From positions 73,498 to 137,497 of the forward strand of contig JBFLVL010000006.1 of the NCBI GenBank assembly GCA_040758495.1: DNA of 64,000 bases. Reading direction: 5' to 3'. The notes below the pieces were generated by a model that was not told the origin of the DNA, did no database searches, and worked only from the letters and a program-made list of their open reading frames with translations. Of the stretch, positions 28,958 to 37,294 are shown one piece after another. The translations under genes were made by a program, and so were the position numbers. Source of the stretch: Chloroflexota bacterium. GTDB taxonomy: Bacteria > Chloroflexota > Anaerolineae > Anaerolineales > JBFLVL01. The number at the start of each line of letters is the position of its first letter. The stretch's first letter is position 1.

Positions 28958-29750
28958 GGCTGTAGACCTCCACCTGGGTCAATTAAGAGTGCAGGTACTG
29001 TCTTCGGATACCAGGCTGATAACGGGTTTAAACCGCCTCTGGCAGGGTTTCCTGGGCAAAGGCTCAGCCGATTGCAGGTTACAGGTGGAGCTGGTCGGAG
29101 AGCAGCGTTCCAGCCCCTGGTCAGACCAGGGGTTGACCTGGCGAGAGGGAAGCGCCTGTTTCACTGCCCTGGGGTACGAAGGCTGGATTGACCTCCGCCA
29201 GGGTGAGGGCCGCCTGCGGCTCTCCTCCCGTTTCCCACTGGAGGATGTGGATTATTTCGTGCGCGTGGCAGTCGCCATGTTGGCGTTTGATGCCGGAGGT
29301 GTGCTGTTTCACGCCGCGGGCATCCTCAGAGGGGAGGGGGTAGTGCTTTTCTATGGCCCCTCCGGCGCTGGGAAGACGACGGTGGCGCGCCACTCACCCG
29401 CGGGAAGTGTGTTGAACGATGACCTGGTGCTGATGTTGCCTGAGGGAAATGTGTGGATGGTTTTTGCCACCCCGTTCTGGAACCCAACCCAGGCACTCCC
29501 TGCTAGCCAACAGGCGCGGCTGCTGGCTCTTTTCCGTCTGGTTCAGGATTTGCGCGTGCTTGCCAGGCCTCTGACGGGGGCCTCGTCCTTAGCTGCATGG
29601 TTAGCGAGCGTGCCCGTACTGACCACCGACCCGACCCGCAACCATCAACTTCTTCAACTTGGCCAACGCTTGCTGGGCAGCGTACCTGCTTATGAGCTGC
29701 ATTTTCTTCCGGATAGCTCTTTCTGGGCAGTCGTAGATGAGCGGATATGA
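28944..29750 (+). CDS. HPr-kinase-C-terminal-domain-like P-loop kinase (HprK-related)
   Basis: LFHAAGILRGEGVVLFYGPSGAGKTTVA followed by NDDLVLM, matching the HprK/P C-domain pattern. GTG start overlaps the upstream gene by 14 nt. Confidence 0.6.
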   Translation: MKKPEAVDLHLGQLRVQVLSSDTRLITGLNRLWQGFLGKGSADCRLQVELVGEQRSSPWSDQGLTWREGSACFTALGYEGWIDLRQGEGRLRLSSRFPLEDVDYFVRVAVAMLAFDAGGVLFHAAGILRGEGVVLFYGPSGAGKTTVARHSPAGSVLNDDLVLMLPEGNVWMVFATPFWNPTQALPASQQARLLALFRLVQDLRVLARPLTGASSLAAWLASVPVLTTDPTRNHQLLQLGQRLLGSVPAYELHFLPDSSFWAVVDERI

Positions 29751-29753
29751 GAG

Positions 29754-30308
29754 ATGCCGAAGACAACACCCGGCTCACCTCCAGATGAAGAACTATTGAG
29801 GCAGATTGCTTCAGGTGATAGCTCGGCGCTGGAAACCTTGTACGAACGTCACAGCGTTCCGGTTTATAACTACCTGCTGCGACTGGTGGGTGAGGTGCCT
29901 GCCGCGGAAGACCTGTTACAGGAGGTATTTATCGCCGTGTGGCGAGGGGCGGGCAGCTATCGCCAGCTTTCCAGCGTGAAAACCTGGGTGTTAAGCATTG
30001 CCCATCATCGTGCGGTATCCTGGTTGCGACGTCGTCGTAAGTTCAGCCTGTTTGAGGATGTACACATATTGGACAGCCGTCCCGGGCCGGAGCTACAAGC
30101 TTTCAGCGGGTGGGAAGTAGAGCAGCTTCAGCAGGCCTTGGAGGGATTGTCGGTTAACCATCGGGCGGTAATTGAGTTGACCTTTGTCCATGGGTTATCG
30201 TATAGGGAGATTGCTCAGGTAATGGGTTGTCCGGAGGGCACGGTCAAGAGTCGCATGAGTTACGCCCTGCGTCAGTTGACCGGGCTGCTCAAAGGGAAGG
30301 GGGTATAG
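29754..30308 (+). CDS. ECF (group 4) sigma-70 factor
   Basis: Region 2 (DLLQEVFIAVWRG) and region 4 (LSYREIAQVMGCPEGTVKSRMSYA). Confidence 0.9.
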   Translation: MPKTTPGSPPDEELLRQIASGDSSALETLYERHSVPVYNYLLRLVGEVPAAEDLLQEVFIAVWRGAGSYRQLSSVKTWVLSIAHHRAVSWLRRRRKFSLFEDVHILDSRPGPELQAFSGWEVEQLQQALEGLSVNHRAVIELTFVHGLSYREIAQVMGCPEGTVKSRMSYALRQLTGLLKGKGV

Positions 30309-30389
30309 GGACTGGCGAATAGCAGGCAGTTAAGATGCCGACTGTCCCTCACTAACGTTCGTATAACCTTTCACCCTGAGCCTTGGATC

Positions 30390-30535
30390 GAGTGGCGAAG
30401 CATATCGCCTGTCCTGCCCGCGGCCGCTGCCGCAGGCAGCAGGCTGGCGGGTTTAGCCAGGGAGATCGGAGGGCGAAGCCCGAAGTCGAAGGAAGCGGAG
30501 AGCTGTACGGCTCATAGTCGAAGGAACAAACTCCA
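30390..30535. repeat. Diverged mosaic hairpin-module segment (cluster C)
   Basis: gatcgagtggcgaagcatatcg resembles ttgagtagcgaagcgtatcgag of cluster E. It also has the cctgcccgcggccgctgccgcaggcagcagg hairpin. Confidence 0.4.
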
Positions 30536-30604
30536 TCCCCTAGCCAAATACACATAATTACGCTAAACTATACACATCAACCCCTTGTTGTATTGGAGAT
30601 TTTT

Positions 30605-30814
30605 ATGCGTACAAATGTGATTCTTGACAAAAACCTTGTCGAACGCGCCAAGCACCTCACTGGCATCAAAACCACTCGCGGCGTGGTTCATGCTGCTCTG
30701 GAAACCCTTGTCCGTCTCCGCGAACAAACCCAGGTCCGGGATCTGCGCGGCAAATTAAAATGGGAGGGTGATTTAGCCACCTCAAGGGAAGGGCATGGGC
30801 ATGATTCTGGTTGA
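30605..30814 (+). CDS. vapB: VapB-type antitoxin
   Basis: MRTNVILDKNLVERAKHLTGIKTTRGVVHAALETLV. GGAG lies 6 nt upstream of ATG 30605. Confidence 0.8.
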   Translation: MRTNVILDKNLVERAKHLTGIKTTRGVVHAALETLVRLREQTQVRDLRGKLKWEGDLATSREGHGHDSG

Positions 30815-31205
30815 CTCCACGGTTTGGATAGACTATTTCAATGGTGTGGTTACCCCAGAAACTGACTACCTCGACGCCATCCTTTCGGAACAACTGATCC
30901 TGGTGGGAGATATCATCCTGGCGGAGGTTTTACAAGGGTTTCATAGCGATTCGGACTTTGAGCAGGCTCGCCTCTCACTGGGAAAATTTCAGCAAGCTCA
31001 CATGCTTAACCCGGAGCTGGCCATCCAGAGCGCCCAGAATTACCGTACCTTACGAAAGCGCGGCATCACCATCCGTAAAACCATAGACTGTTTCATCGCC
31101 ACGTATTGTATCCATACTGGTCAAGACCTTTTGCACACAGACAGCGATTTTGACCCCTTCGAAGACCACTTAGGACTCAGGGTTATCCACCCCACAACTC
31201 AGTGA
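30801..31205 (+). CDS. vapC: PIN-domain toxin VapC
   Basis: MILVDSTVWIDYF... with a downstream acidic D in TDSDF. It overlaps vapB. Confidence 0.85.
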   Translation: MILVDSTVWIDYFNGVVTPETDYLDAILSEQLILVGDIILAEVLQGFHSDSDFEQARLSLGKFQQAHMLNPELAIQSAQNYRTLRKRGITIRKTIDCFIATYCIHTGQDLLHTDSDFDPFEDHLGLRVIHPTTQ

Positions 31206-31234
31206 CACGCTCTCAAATCGTCATCTATAAGGTG

Positions 31235-31575
31235 GATACAATCCTCACTTCCCTCGGATCACTCGACCCGCGAGGATACCCCTGTCCCTCCGTCGAGGCG
31301 ACGTCCCACCGTCGCCGTTTCCCTTGTTTGGAGGGGTCTCCCTTGCCCCCCATGCGGAGGACAGGCAGGCTCGACCCACGAATAAGAGGGGTCTCGATAC
31401 GCCCCTCGCTTCACTCGGGGCACTCGACCTGCGATATCCTGCTGGTCGAGTAGGTGCCGAAGGCACCGTATCGAGACCACCCTAAGACCAGGGCTCGGTC
31501 TCGATACAATCCTCGCCTTCGGCTCGGATCACTCGACCCGCGAGTAAGAGGGGACACTCGACCCGCGTGTTGAGT
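31235..31575. repeat. Mosaic hairpin-module repeat cluster D
   Basis: Contains cactcgacccgcg anchors and the ggcgacgtcccaccgtcgcc, ggtgccgaaggcacc and gtatcgagacc...ggtctcgatac modules. Confidence 0.85.
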
Positions 31576-31696
31576 GAGTTCCGCTAATCAACGCAAGGGA
31601 TACCCGACGTCCGTTCGGACAGTTATGGAACGAACCCCATACCGTTTCCTTCAATGCTATAATGGACTTGAAAACCCCTCTTTGTGAACGAAGGAA

Positions 31697-32095
31697 ATGG
31701 AAATGGCCAATCGCTATAAAGACTGGTTCCGTCAAGCTGAAGCAGACCTGAAGCATGCCCGGAATGCGCTTGAGGCGGGTGATTTTGAATGGAGTTGCTT
31801 TGCAGCTCATCAAGCCGCAGAGAAGGCGTTGAAAGCCGTATATCAGAGGATAAGCCAGGATGCCTGGGGGCACACTTTGATTATCCTTATGGGAAACCTG
31901 CCTGAACCTATCCATCCTCCAGAAGAGTTAATAGATGCTGCCAGGGCGCTGGACAAACACTACATTCCAACACGCTATCCAAACAGTTTCGATTCCGGGG
32001 CCCCGACTGATTTCTACACACAAAAAGAAGCCCGGGAAGCTATCAGAAACGCGGAGGCCATCCTTGAATTCTGTGGTCATCAGATCAGCGAATAA
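31697..32095 (+). CDS. HEPN-domain protein (HEPN/MNT toxin-antitoxin pair)
   Basis: WFRQAEADLKHARNALEAGDFEWSCFAAHQAAEKALKAV. Confidence 0.8.
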   Translation: MEMANRYKDWFRQAEADLKHARNALEAGDFEWSCFAAHQAAEKALKAVYQRISQDAWGHTLIILMGNLPEPIHPPEELIDAARALDKHYIPTRYPNSFDSGAPTDFYTQKEAREAIRNAEAILEFCGHQISE

Positions 32096-32402
32096 AGAAC
32101 ACATTTCACAGGCCGTTGAAAGCTATGTCTCCGACCTTTGTGCCCATCATCCTGAAATTGAGCGGGTTTTCTGGTTTGGTTCTTGGGTGACTGGTATCCC
32201 CACTCCTGGCAGCGATGTGGATTTGTGTATTGTGGTGACCTCCTCCCATCTCCCAGTGCGTGACCGTATGGTTAACTATTTGCCCATCAGGTTTCCGGTG
32301 GGGATAGACCTGTTTGTGTACACACGTGAGGAATTTGATCGCTTGGATGAGGTGTCTCCCGGGTGGAAAAAGGTCATACTGGCAGGCGTTGAGCTGGGAT
32401 GA
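32073..32402 (+). CDS. Minimal nucleotidyltransferase (MNT) partner of HEPN
   Basis: VFWFGSWVTGIPTPGSDVDLCIV (GS-x-G..D-x-D). The start is uncertain; GTG 32073 is proposed. The track ORF from 31935 overlaps HEPN out of frame. Confidence 0.7.
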   Translation: MVIRSANKEHISQAVESYVSDLCAHHPEIERVFWFGSWVTGIPTPGSDVDLCIVVTSSHLPVRDRMVNYLPIRFPVGIDLFVYTREEFDRLDEVSPGWKKVILAGVELG

Positions 32403-32404
32403 CA

Positions 32405-33050
32405 CGCCCCGCGAAATTCGGCTGATCGAGTAGCGCCCTAAGTACCCCGTAGGGGTACGAAGGGCGCGTATCGAGATCACAATCGGGTCAATACAATACT
32501 CCCCTTCGGCTCGCCCCCATACGGGGGCAGGGATCACTCGACCCGCGGAAGTCTGTTGGTCGAGTAGGTGCCGAAGGCACCGTATCGAGGCCACTGCCGA
32601 GGGGTCTCGATACGATCCTCGCCTTCGGCTCGGATCACTCGACCTGCGAGTAAGAGGGGGCACTCGACCCGCGGAAGTCTGTTGGTCGAGTAGGTGCCGA
32701 AGGCACCGTATCGAGGCCACCCTAAGACCAGGGCTCGGTCTCGATACAATCCTCGCCTTCGGCTCGCCCCCATACGGGGGCAGGGATCACTCGACCTGCA
32801 AGTAAGAGGAGGCACTCGACCCGCGATATCCTGCTGGTCGAGTAGGTGCCGAAGGCACCGTATCGAGACCACCCTAAGACCAGGGCTCGATACAATCCTC
32901 GCCTTCGGCTCGCCCCCATACGGGGGCAGGGATCACTCGACCTGCAAGTAAGAGGAGGCACTCGACCCGCGGAGGTCTGTTGGTTGAGTAGCGAAGCGTA
33001 TCGAGACCAAGGGCATGTATCGAAACCAACTTCGGTAAGGAGAGACCAGG
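32405..33050. repeat. Mosaic hairpin-module repeat cluster E (about 2.5 tandem ~150-nt super-units)
   Basis: Super-units start at about 32636, 32789 and 32933. Each reads cactcgacctgca-agtaagagg-cactcgacccgcg-...-ggtcgagtag-gtgccgaaggcac-cgtatcgagacc...ggtctcgatac-...-gcccccatacgggggc. Confidence 0.9.
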
Positions 33051-33130
33051 TCTCTCAAGACGGCTGGCAGCAAATTTGAACCTTTTCACCCCCTTCCACG
33101 ACTATATGATTGAGACCAAGGGAAACCTCT

Positions 33131-33799
33131 ATGTCACCTCCCTCATCCCCACAAGAATACATACCCTGGTACCTGAACGACAGCCTGGAGCCGGAAGGAC
33201 GACAGGCTGTTGAGACATGTCTGGAGGGGGCAACACAAGCTCAGGTGGAATTTGTCCGACAGATACAAACTTCCCTAAAATTGTTACCCCAAACCGCTCC
33301 CGCGCCCTATGTGCGTGAGCGGTTGCTGGCGCGTGTGGCCCAACCTCAACCACGCTGGCGATTTGCCTGGGCCTGGACGGGGCTGCTGAGCGTCCTGCTG
33401 ATGGTCCTGGTATGGATGGTGCTCAAGCCGGGCGTAGTGCTGCGTTGGGCGGTCTCGCCAGGGGAAGTGGCAGCCTTTCGGGTGTATCGTGCACCCGCGG
33501 ATGATGGGGAGTTCACGCTGGTGCAGGAAGTGACCGCCTCACCAGAAGAGCGCGAGTATCGAGTGATTGACTGGCGACTGCTGCCCGGTTTGGCCTACGT
33601 CTACCTGATAGAAGCAGTGACACCGGAGGGAGGTAGAGCCTTCCAACAGGTGGTTACTGCCGATACCTGGGGCGCCTTGCCCGGGCAGTTGCTGGTGGTA
33701 GTCATCAGCATGTTGATGGCTTACATCCTGGTAAAATATGCACAATACGTATCCATACCGGTGATATGGAAAGGAGGAGGTGTAGAAGGATATATTTAA
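33131..33799 (+). CDS. Anti-sigma-factor-like membrane protein carrying the shared beta-sandwich-like domain (paralog 2)
   Basis: The N-terminal cytoplasmic segment resembles anti-sigma N-domains (YIPWYLNDSLEPEGRQAVETCLE). It is followed by a TM, then VLRWAVSPGEVAAFRVYRA...YRVIDW...YVYLIEAV and a C-terminal TM. Confidence 0.55.
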   Translation: MSPPSSPQEYIPWYLNDSLEPEGRQAVETCLEGATQAQVEFVRQIQTSLKLLPQTAPAPYVRERLLARVAQPQPRWRFAWAWTGLLSVLLMVLVWMVLKPGVVLRWAVSPGEVAAFRVYRAPADDGEFTLVQEVTASPEEREYRVIDWRLLPGLAYVYLIEAVTPEGGRAFQQVVTADTWGALPGQLLVVVISMLMAYILVKYAQYVSIPVIWKGGGVEGYI

Positions 33800-33848
33800 A
33801 AATAGTTTTTCAAATCATATCTTCAAAGCCTTAGTTAAGGAGTAAAAC

Positions 33849-35963
33849 ATGAAATATCTAAGATATGCATTAATCGTTGTGCTACTGGTGGCCTTAGCTA
33901 CCGCTGGTGTTGCTTTAGCCGCAGTAGATACCTTCACCAGTACGCCAACCTCAGCGCCACAAACCACGGAAACTGATTGGACGCTTGAATATTCTTTCAC
34001 ATGGCCTGGTGCGGGTACAGATATTGCATTTTGTCTGTACTATGAAGAAGGTGAGACATGGAATGCGAGATTTGTCGCTATCACAGAAGCTTCAGCAACT
34101 GGCGATAATTACACAGCTGTAAATAGTGATCTATGTCCCACCTTAGCTGGGTATGACAGTATTTACTACTATGTCGTTGACTCAGCAAACTTTCAAGCAA
34201 CTGAGACTGAAAGGATCACCTGGGATAATGTAACTGTTCCCGCGGGTGCTACTGTTGGTGTACATGACTTTTTTGCCAGGGTATATACAGGTAGTGATTG
34301 TTCTAACGCAGTGGCTGGTGATGGAGCAGATGATCCCGGAGGTGCTACTTGTGGCACTACGCAAGGTGGCGGAAAGTTTCACCAATTCACGGTTGAATCT
34401 GACCCCGCAACCATTTACGTTTCTGATTCGGGTACCTGCGGTGGTTACGGTGACGTTGGGCAGGACTGTTACCAGTCGTTGGATACAGCACTCAGTAAAG
34501 CCAATACCTTCGGCTCAACTACAATCCGGGTTGTTGGAGATCTGACACTGGACAATAATGGATCGGATCTATCTGGTGCGGGAAGTCTGAGTGCGTTTAA
34601 CGGACTAAGCACCCCTCGGCTCATTTCACCGGGTACCTGCACTGGAACTGCCGTTGGTGATGGAACTTTTTATATGCTGGATGTAGATAGGGCGGTGACG
34701 GTAAGTGACATCACATTCGTAGGTACAGCCTGTAACACAGCCAGTGTCATCGGAGTACGCCTGAGTGATGCCAGTGCTACGATCAATAATGTTACTGTCC
34801 AAAACTTTGATGCAACCAGCCAAATTGGTGTAAAAATCACTGTAGCTGGAACACTCTCGAATAGCACTATACAGAGTAACACGACAGGAGTTGTAAGTGC
34901 GGGTAGTACGATCTCGGGTAACACAATTAGCAGCAACTCTGGTGTTGGGCTTTCTATTACCGGAGGTACTCCCACTGTTTCAGGCAACACCATCTCCAGC
35001 AATGGCGGTGACGGCATCAACTCAGATCAAACCGGTGGTACCTTTCAGGATAACGATGTTACCAGCAACACTGGAGATGGGATCCAAGTACCTGCCGGTT
35101 TTGCTGGGACTATCCTAGAGAACCATATAACCGGTAGTGGCGGTTACGGTGTTAATTTTGGTGGAGCTCCGAACGCCGCTATCGTACTGAAATATAATAA
35201 CATCTACAGCAACACCACTGGTCAATTGGTAAATGGTAGTTCTGTCGCTGTTGGTGGAAACTACCTGGGTGATAACGCCACATCTGGTACGTATGGTGGG
35301 TTTGACGGTGCTATCGTTGGTTCGCCATTTACCCGTACGACTCCGGGCATTAGCACTGCTAATATTTACACACAGGATAACCTGGCAGATGGGAATGACT
35401 GCTCTGATCCATCATCCCATTACACAACTGTTGGTCCTATCCAGCTATGCAATAACACAGGTGACAACACGCTTGATTTCGTTATCGTTGACCTGGGCAC
35501 CGATACACCCTTTGGTATAGGAACAGACCCAGATCAGGGTCAACAATGCTCCAACTACTACGATGTGTATGTTGATCATGGTACAGCGAATACTGGTCAG
35601 GTATGGGTTATGATCCCAGTGAAAGCGGGACTCTGTCAGAGTACATATGTGCCTGCCAACTGCTCGGACGTGCCGCATGCCTACATCAACTCCGGTATGA
35701 GCCGCTGGTCACAAACCGAGAGCTGGTCTTGCGTACCGAACGCTACCAGCCCAACAAAGGTAACAGGTTATAGACCTGCCAGCACTCTCGGCGACACAGG
35801 TTTTGTAGTTTTGGGCGACAACGCCCCCACGGCCATCACCCTGCTTGGTCTGAGTGCCAAGAGCCAGCCCGCAGCTAACCCCATCGCCCTGGCGGTTGCT
35901 GGTCTGCTGCTCGTCGTGCTCCTCGGCCTCGGCGTCCGTCAGGTGGTCCGTCGTCGCATCTAA
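33849..35963 (+). CDS. Secreted parallel beta-helix repeat protein with C-terminal TM + RRRI tail
   Basis: Signal peptide, then PbH1-type repeats (ISGNTISSNSGVGLSI / VSGNTISSNGGDGIN / DNDVTSNTGDGIQV / ENHITGSGGYGVNF). The C-terminus is AITLLGLSAKS...ALAVAGLLLVVLLGLGVRQVVRRRI. A strong SD (aaggag) precedes the start. Confidence 0.75.
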   Translation: MKYLRYALIVVLLVALATAGVALAAVDTFTSTPTSAPQTTETDWTLEYSFTWPGAGTDIAFCLYYEEGETWNARFVAITEASATGDNYTAVNSDLCPTLAGYDSIYYYVVDSANFQATETERITWDNVTVPAGATVGVHDFFARVYTGSDCSNAVAGDGADDPGGATCGTTQGGGKFHQFTVESDPATIYVSDSGTCGGYGDVGQDCYQSLDTALSKANTFGSTTIRVVGDLTLDNNGSDLSGAGSLSAFNGLSTPRLISPGTCTGTAVGDGTFYMLDVDRAVTVSDITFVGTACNTASVIGVRLSDASATINNVTVQNFDATSQIGVKITVAGTLSNSTIQSNTTGVVSAGSTISGNTISSNSGVGLSITGGTPTVSGNTISSNGGDGINSDQTGGTFQDNDVTSNTGDGIQVPAGFAGTILENHITGSGGYGVNFGGAPNAAIVLKYNNIYSNTTGQLVNGSSVAVGGNYLGDNATSGTYGGFDGAIVGSPFTRTTPGISTANIYTQDNLADGNDCSDPSSHYTTVGPIQLCNNTGDNTLDFVIVDLGTDTPFGIGTDPDQGQQCSNYYDVYVDHGTANTGQVWVMIPVKAGLCQSTYVPANCSDVPHAYINSGMSRWSQTESWSCVPNATSPTKVTGYRPASTLGDTGFVVLGDNAPTAITLLGLSAKSQPAANPIALAVAGLLLVVLLGLGVRQVVRRRI

Positions 35964-35981
35964 CAGCATCCTCATCAGGTT

Positions 35982-36011
35982 GGAGAAATCACCCCAAAGG
36001 GTGGTTTCTCC
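35982..36011 (+). terminator. Hairpin downstream of the beta-helix gene (weak terminator candidate)
   Basis: ggagaaatcaccc-caaa-gggtggtttctcc with one G-U pair. No clear U-tract follows. Confidence 0.35.
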
Positions 36012-36037
36012 TTCCTGAAAAACCTGTGTTTTGCATA

Positions 36038-36066
36038 TTGCTTTTTTAGAATGATTAAGCTACAAT
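36038..36066 (+). promoter_or_regulatory. Candidate sigma-70 promoter of the small peptide gene
   Basis: TTGCTT (36038-36043), 17-nt spacer, TACAAT (36061-36066). Confidence 0.45.
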
Positions 36067-36125
36067 ATGCCCAGAATTTATAGTGGATTTGCTGTTATTT
36101 ATCACTACAGGAGAGTGAGGGCAAT

Positions 36126-36299
36126 ATGGCCATGATAGAAACAAAACCCCAAACTAAAAAACAGGAGGAGTTGCTGCGGAAAGCCTATGAGAAGCCGCAG
36201 GTAAAGCTCACTCTACCTCTGGAAACCCGGGCTGGTTCACCCCTAGGTGTTAATCCCTTTGACCCCTTCAACATGGGGCCGGATCCTAACCAGCAATAG
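36126..36299 (+). CDS. Free-standing 57-aa peptide, precursor-like (not on the ORF track because under 60 aa)
   Basis: ATG 36126 is preceded by AGGAGAG. The translation is MAMIETKPQTKKQEELLRKAYEKPQVKLTLPLETRAGSPLGVNPFDPFNMGPDPNQQ. It has its own promoter candidate and its own terminator. Confidence 0.55.
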   Translation: MAMIETKPQTKKQEELLRKAYEKPQVKLTLPLETRAGSPLGVNPFDPFNMGPDPNQQ

Positions 36300-36350
36300 T
36301 TAACCGGTTTATGCATCCAGGTTGGTACTAGTACTGAAGTAACGAAATAA

Positions 36351-36387
36351 AGGCGGTTCGCTGTTCACAAAGCGAATCGCCTTTTTT
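36351..36387 (+). terminator. Rho-independent terminator of the peptide gene
   Basis: ggcggttcgc-tgttcacaaa-gcgaatcgcc (one G-U pair) followed by T6. Confidence 0.75.
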
Positions 36388-36397
36388 CATTTCGTAA

Positions 36398-36705
36398 GGT
36401 AGCTGCTCAGGCATCCCTCGCCAGGGCTGGCAGGGCCCCCCATACGGGGGGCAGGCCCCCCATAGAGCTTGTGAAGAAATTATGGTTTCAGACAAAAGGA
36501 GAGCAGAGAAGGTGATCTCGGATCAGCTTACCGTTGCCTCCCAAGCCAGACCAAAGAGGTTGCCCTGATGCCCTGCTTCGAGCAGGCCCCCCTACGGGGG
36601 CAGGCAAAGTCCGTTCAAACGGACTGGAAGCCCAGTGCATTTTTTAGTCGGATTTCATCCGACTTTGGTTCTCAGCCTGAGAATTTATTCTCAGGCTTCA
36701 GGCTC
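36398..36705 (+). mobile_element. Truncated, longer copy of the GGTAACTGCTCAG-TIR MITE
   Basis: The left end ggtagctgctcaggcatccctcgc matches 44829-44852. The internal cagtgcattttttagtcggatttcatccgactttggttctcagcctgagaatt-attctcaggc is near-identical to 44958-45021. The right TIR is replaced by mosaic cluster F. Confidence 0.7.
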
Positions 36706-37265
36706 ACGAATAAGAGGGGTCTCGATACACCCCTCGTTCCACTCGGGGCACTCGACCCGTGGAAGTCTGTTGGTCGAGTAGGTGCCGAAGGCACCGTATC
36801 GAGACCAACACCGAGGGGTCTCGATACGATCCTCACTACGCTCGGATCACTCGACCCGCGAAATTCGGCTGATCGAGTAGCGCCCGAAGTACCCCGTAGG
36901 GGTACGAAGGGCGCGTATCGAGATCACAATCAGGTCAATACAATCCTCGCTCCGCTTCCCCCATGCGGGGGGCAGGGGGCACTCGACCCGCGATATCCTG
37001 CTGGTCGAGTAGGTGCCGAAGGCACCGTATCGAGACCAACACCGAGGGGTCTCGATACGATCCTCGCTACCCCCCATGCGGGGGGCAGGGGACACTCGAC
37101 CCGCGATATCCTGCTGGTCGAGTAGGTGCCGAAGGCACCGTATCGAGACCACCCTAAGACCAGGGCTCGGTCTCGATACAATCCTCGCCTTCGGCTCGCC
37201 CCCATACGGGGACAGGGATCACTCGACCTGCAAGTAAGAGGAGGCATTCGACCCGCGAACAAGAT
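36706..37265. repeat. Mosaic hairpin-module repeat cluster F
   Basis: Same modules as clusters D and E (cactcgacccg, ggtcgagtaggtgccgaaggcaccgtatcgagacc, gtaccccgtaggggtac, gcccccatacgggg). Confidence 0.9.
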
Positions 37266-37294
37266 AGGCTCAATCCTCAAGATATTCGGTATAA

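Noticed and set aside
30390-33050. Chromosomal integron cassette array (same-strand TA cassettes separated by structured repeats)
   Set aside because: There is no intI integrase or attI. The repeats are 150-650 bp mosaics, not 60-140-bp attC sites with R''/L''-L'/R' (GTTRRRY) architecture.
34182-35975. Internal and antisense ORFs within the beta-helix gene (34182-34385 -, 34246-34545 +, 34670-35020 -, 34897-35118 +, 35233-35520 +, 35709-35975 -)
   Set aside because: They are embedded in a 704-aa ORF that has a strong SD, a signal peptide and clear PbH1 repeats. None has independent signals.
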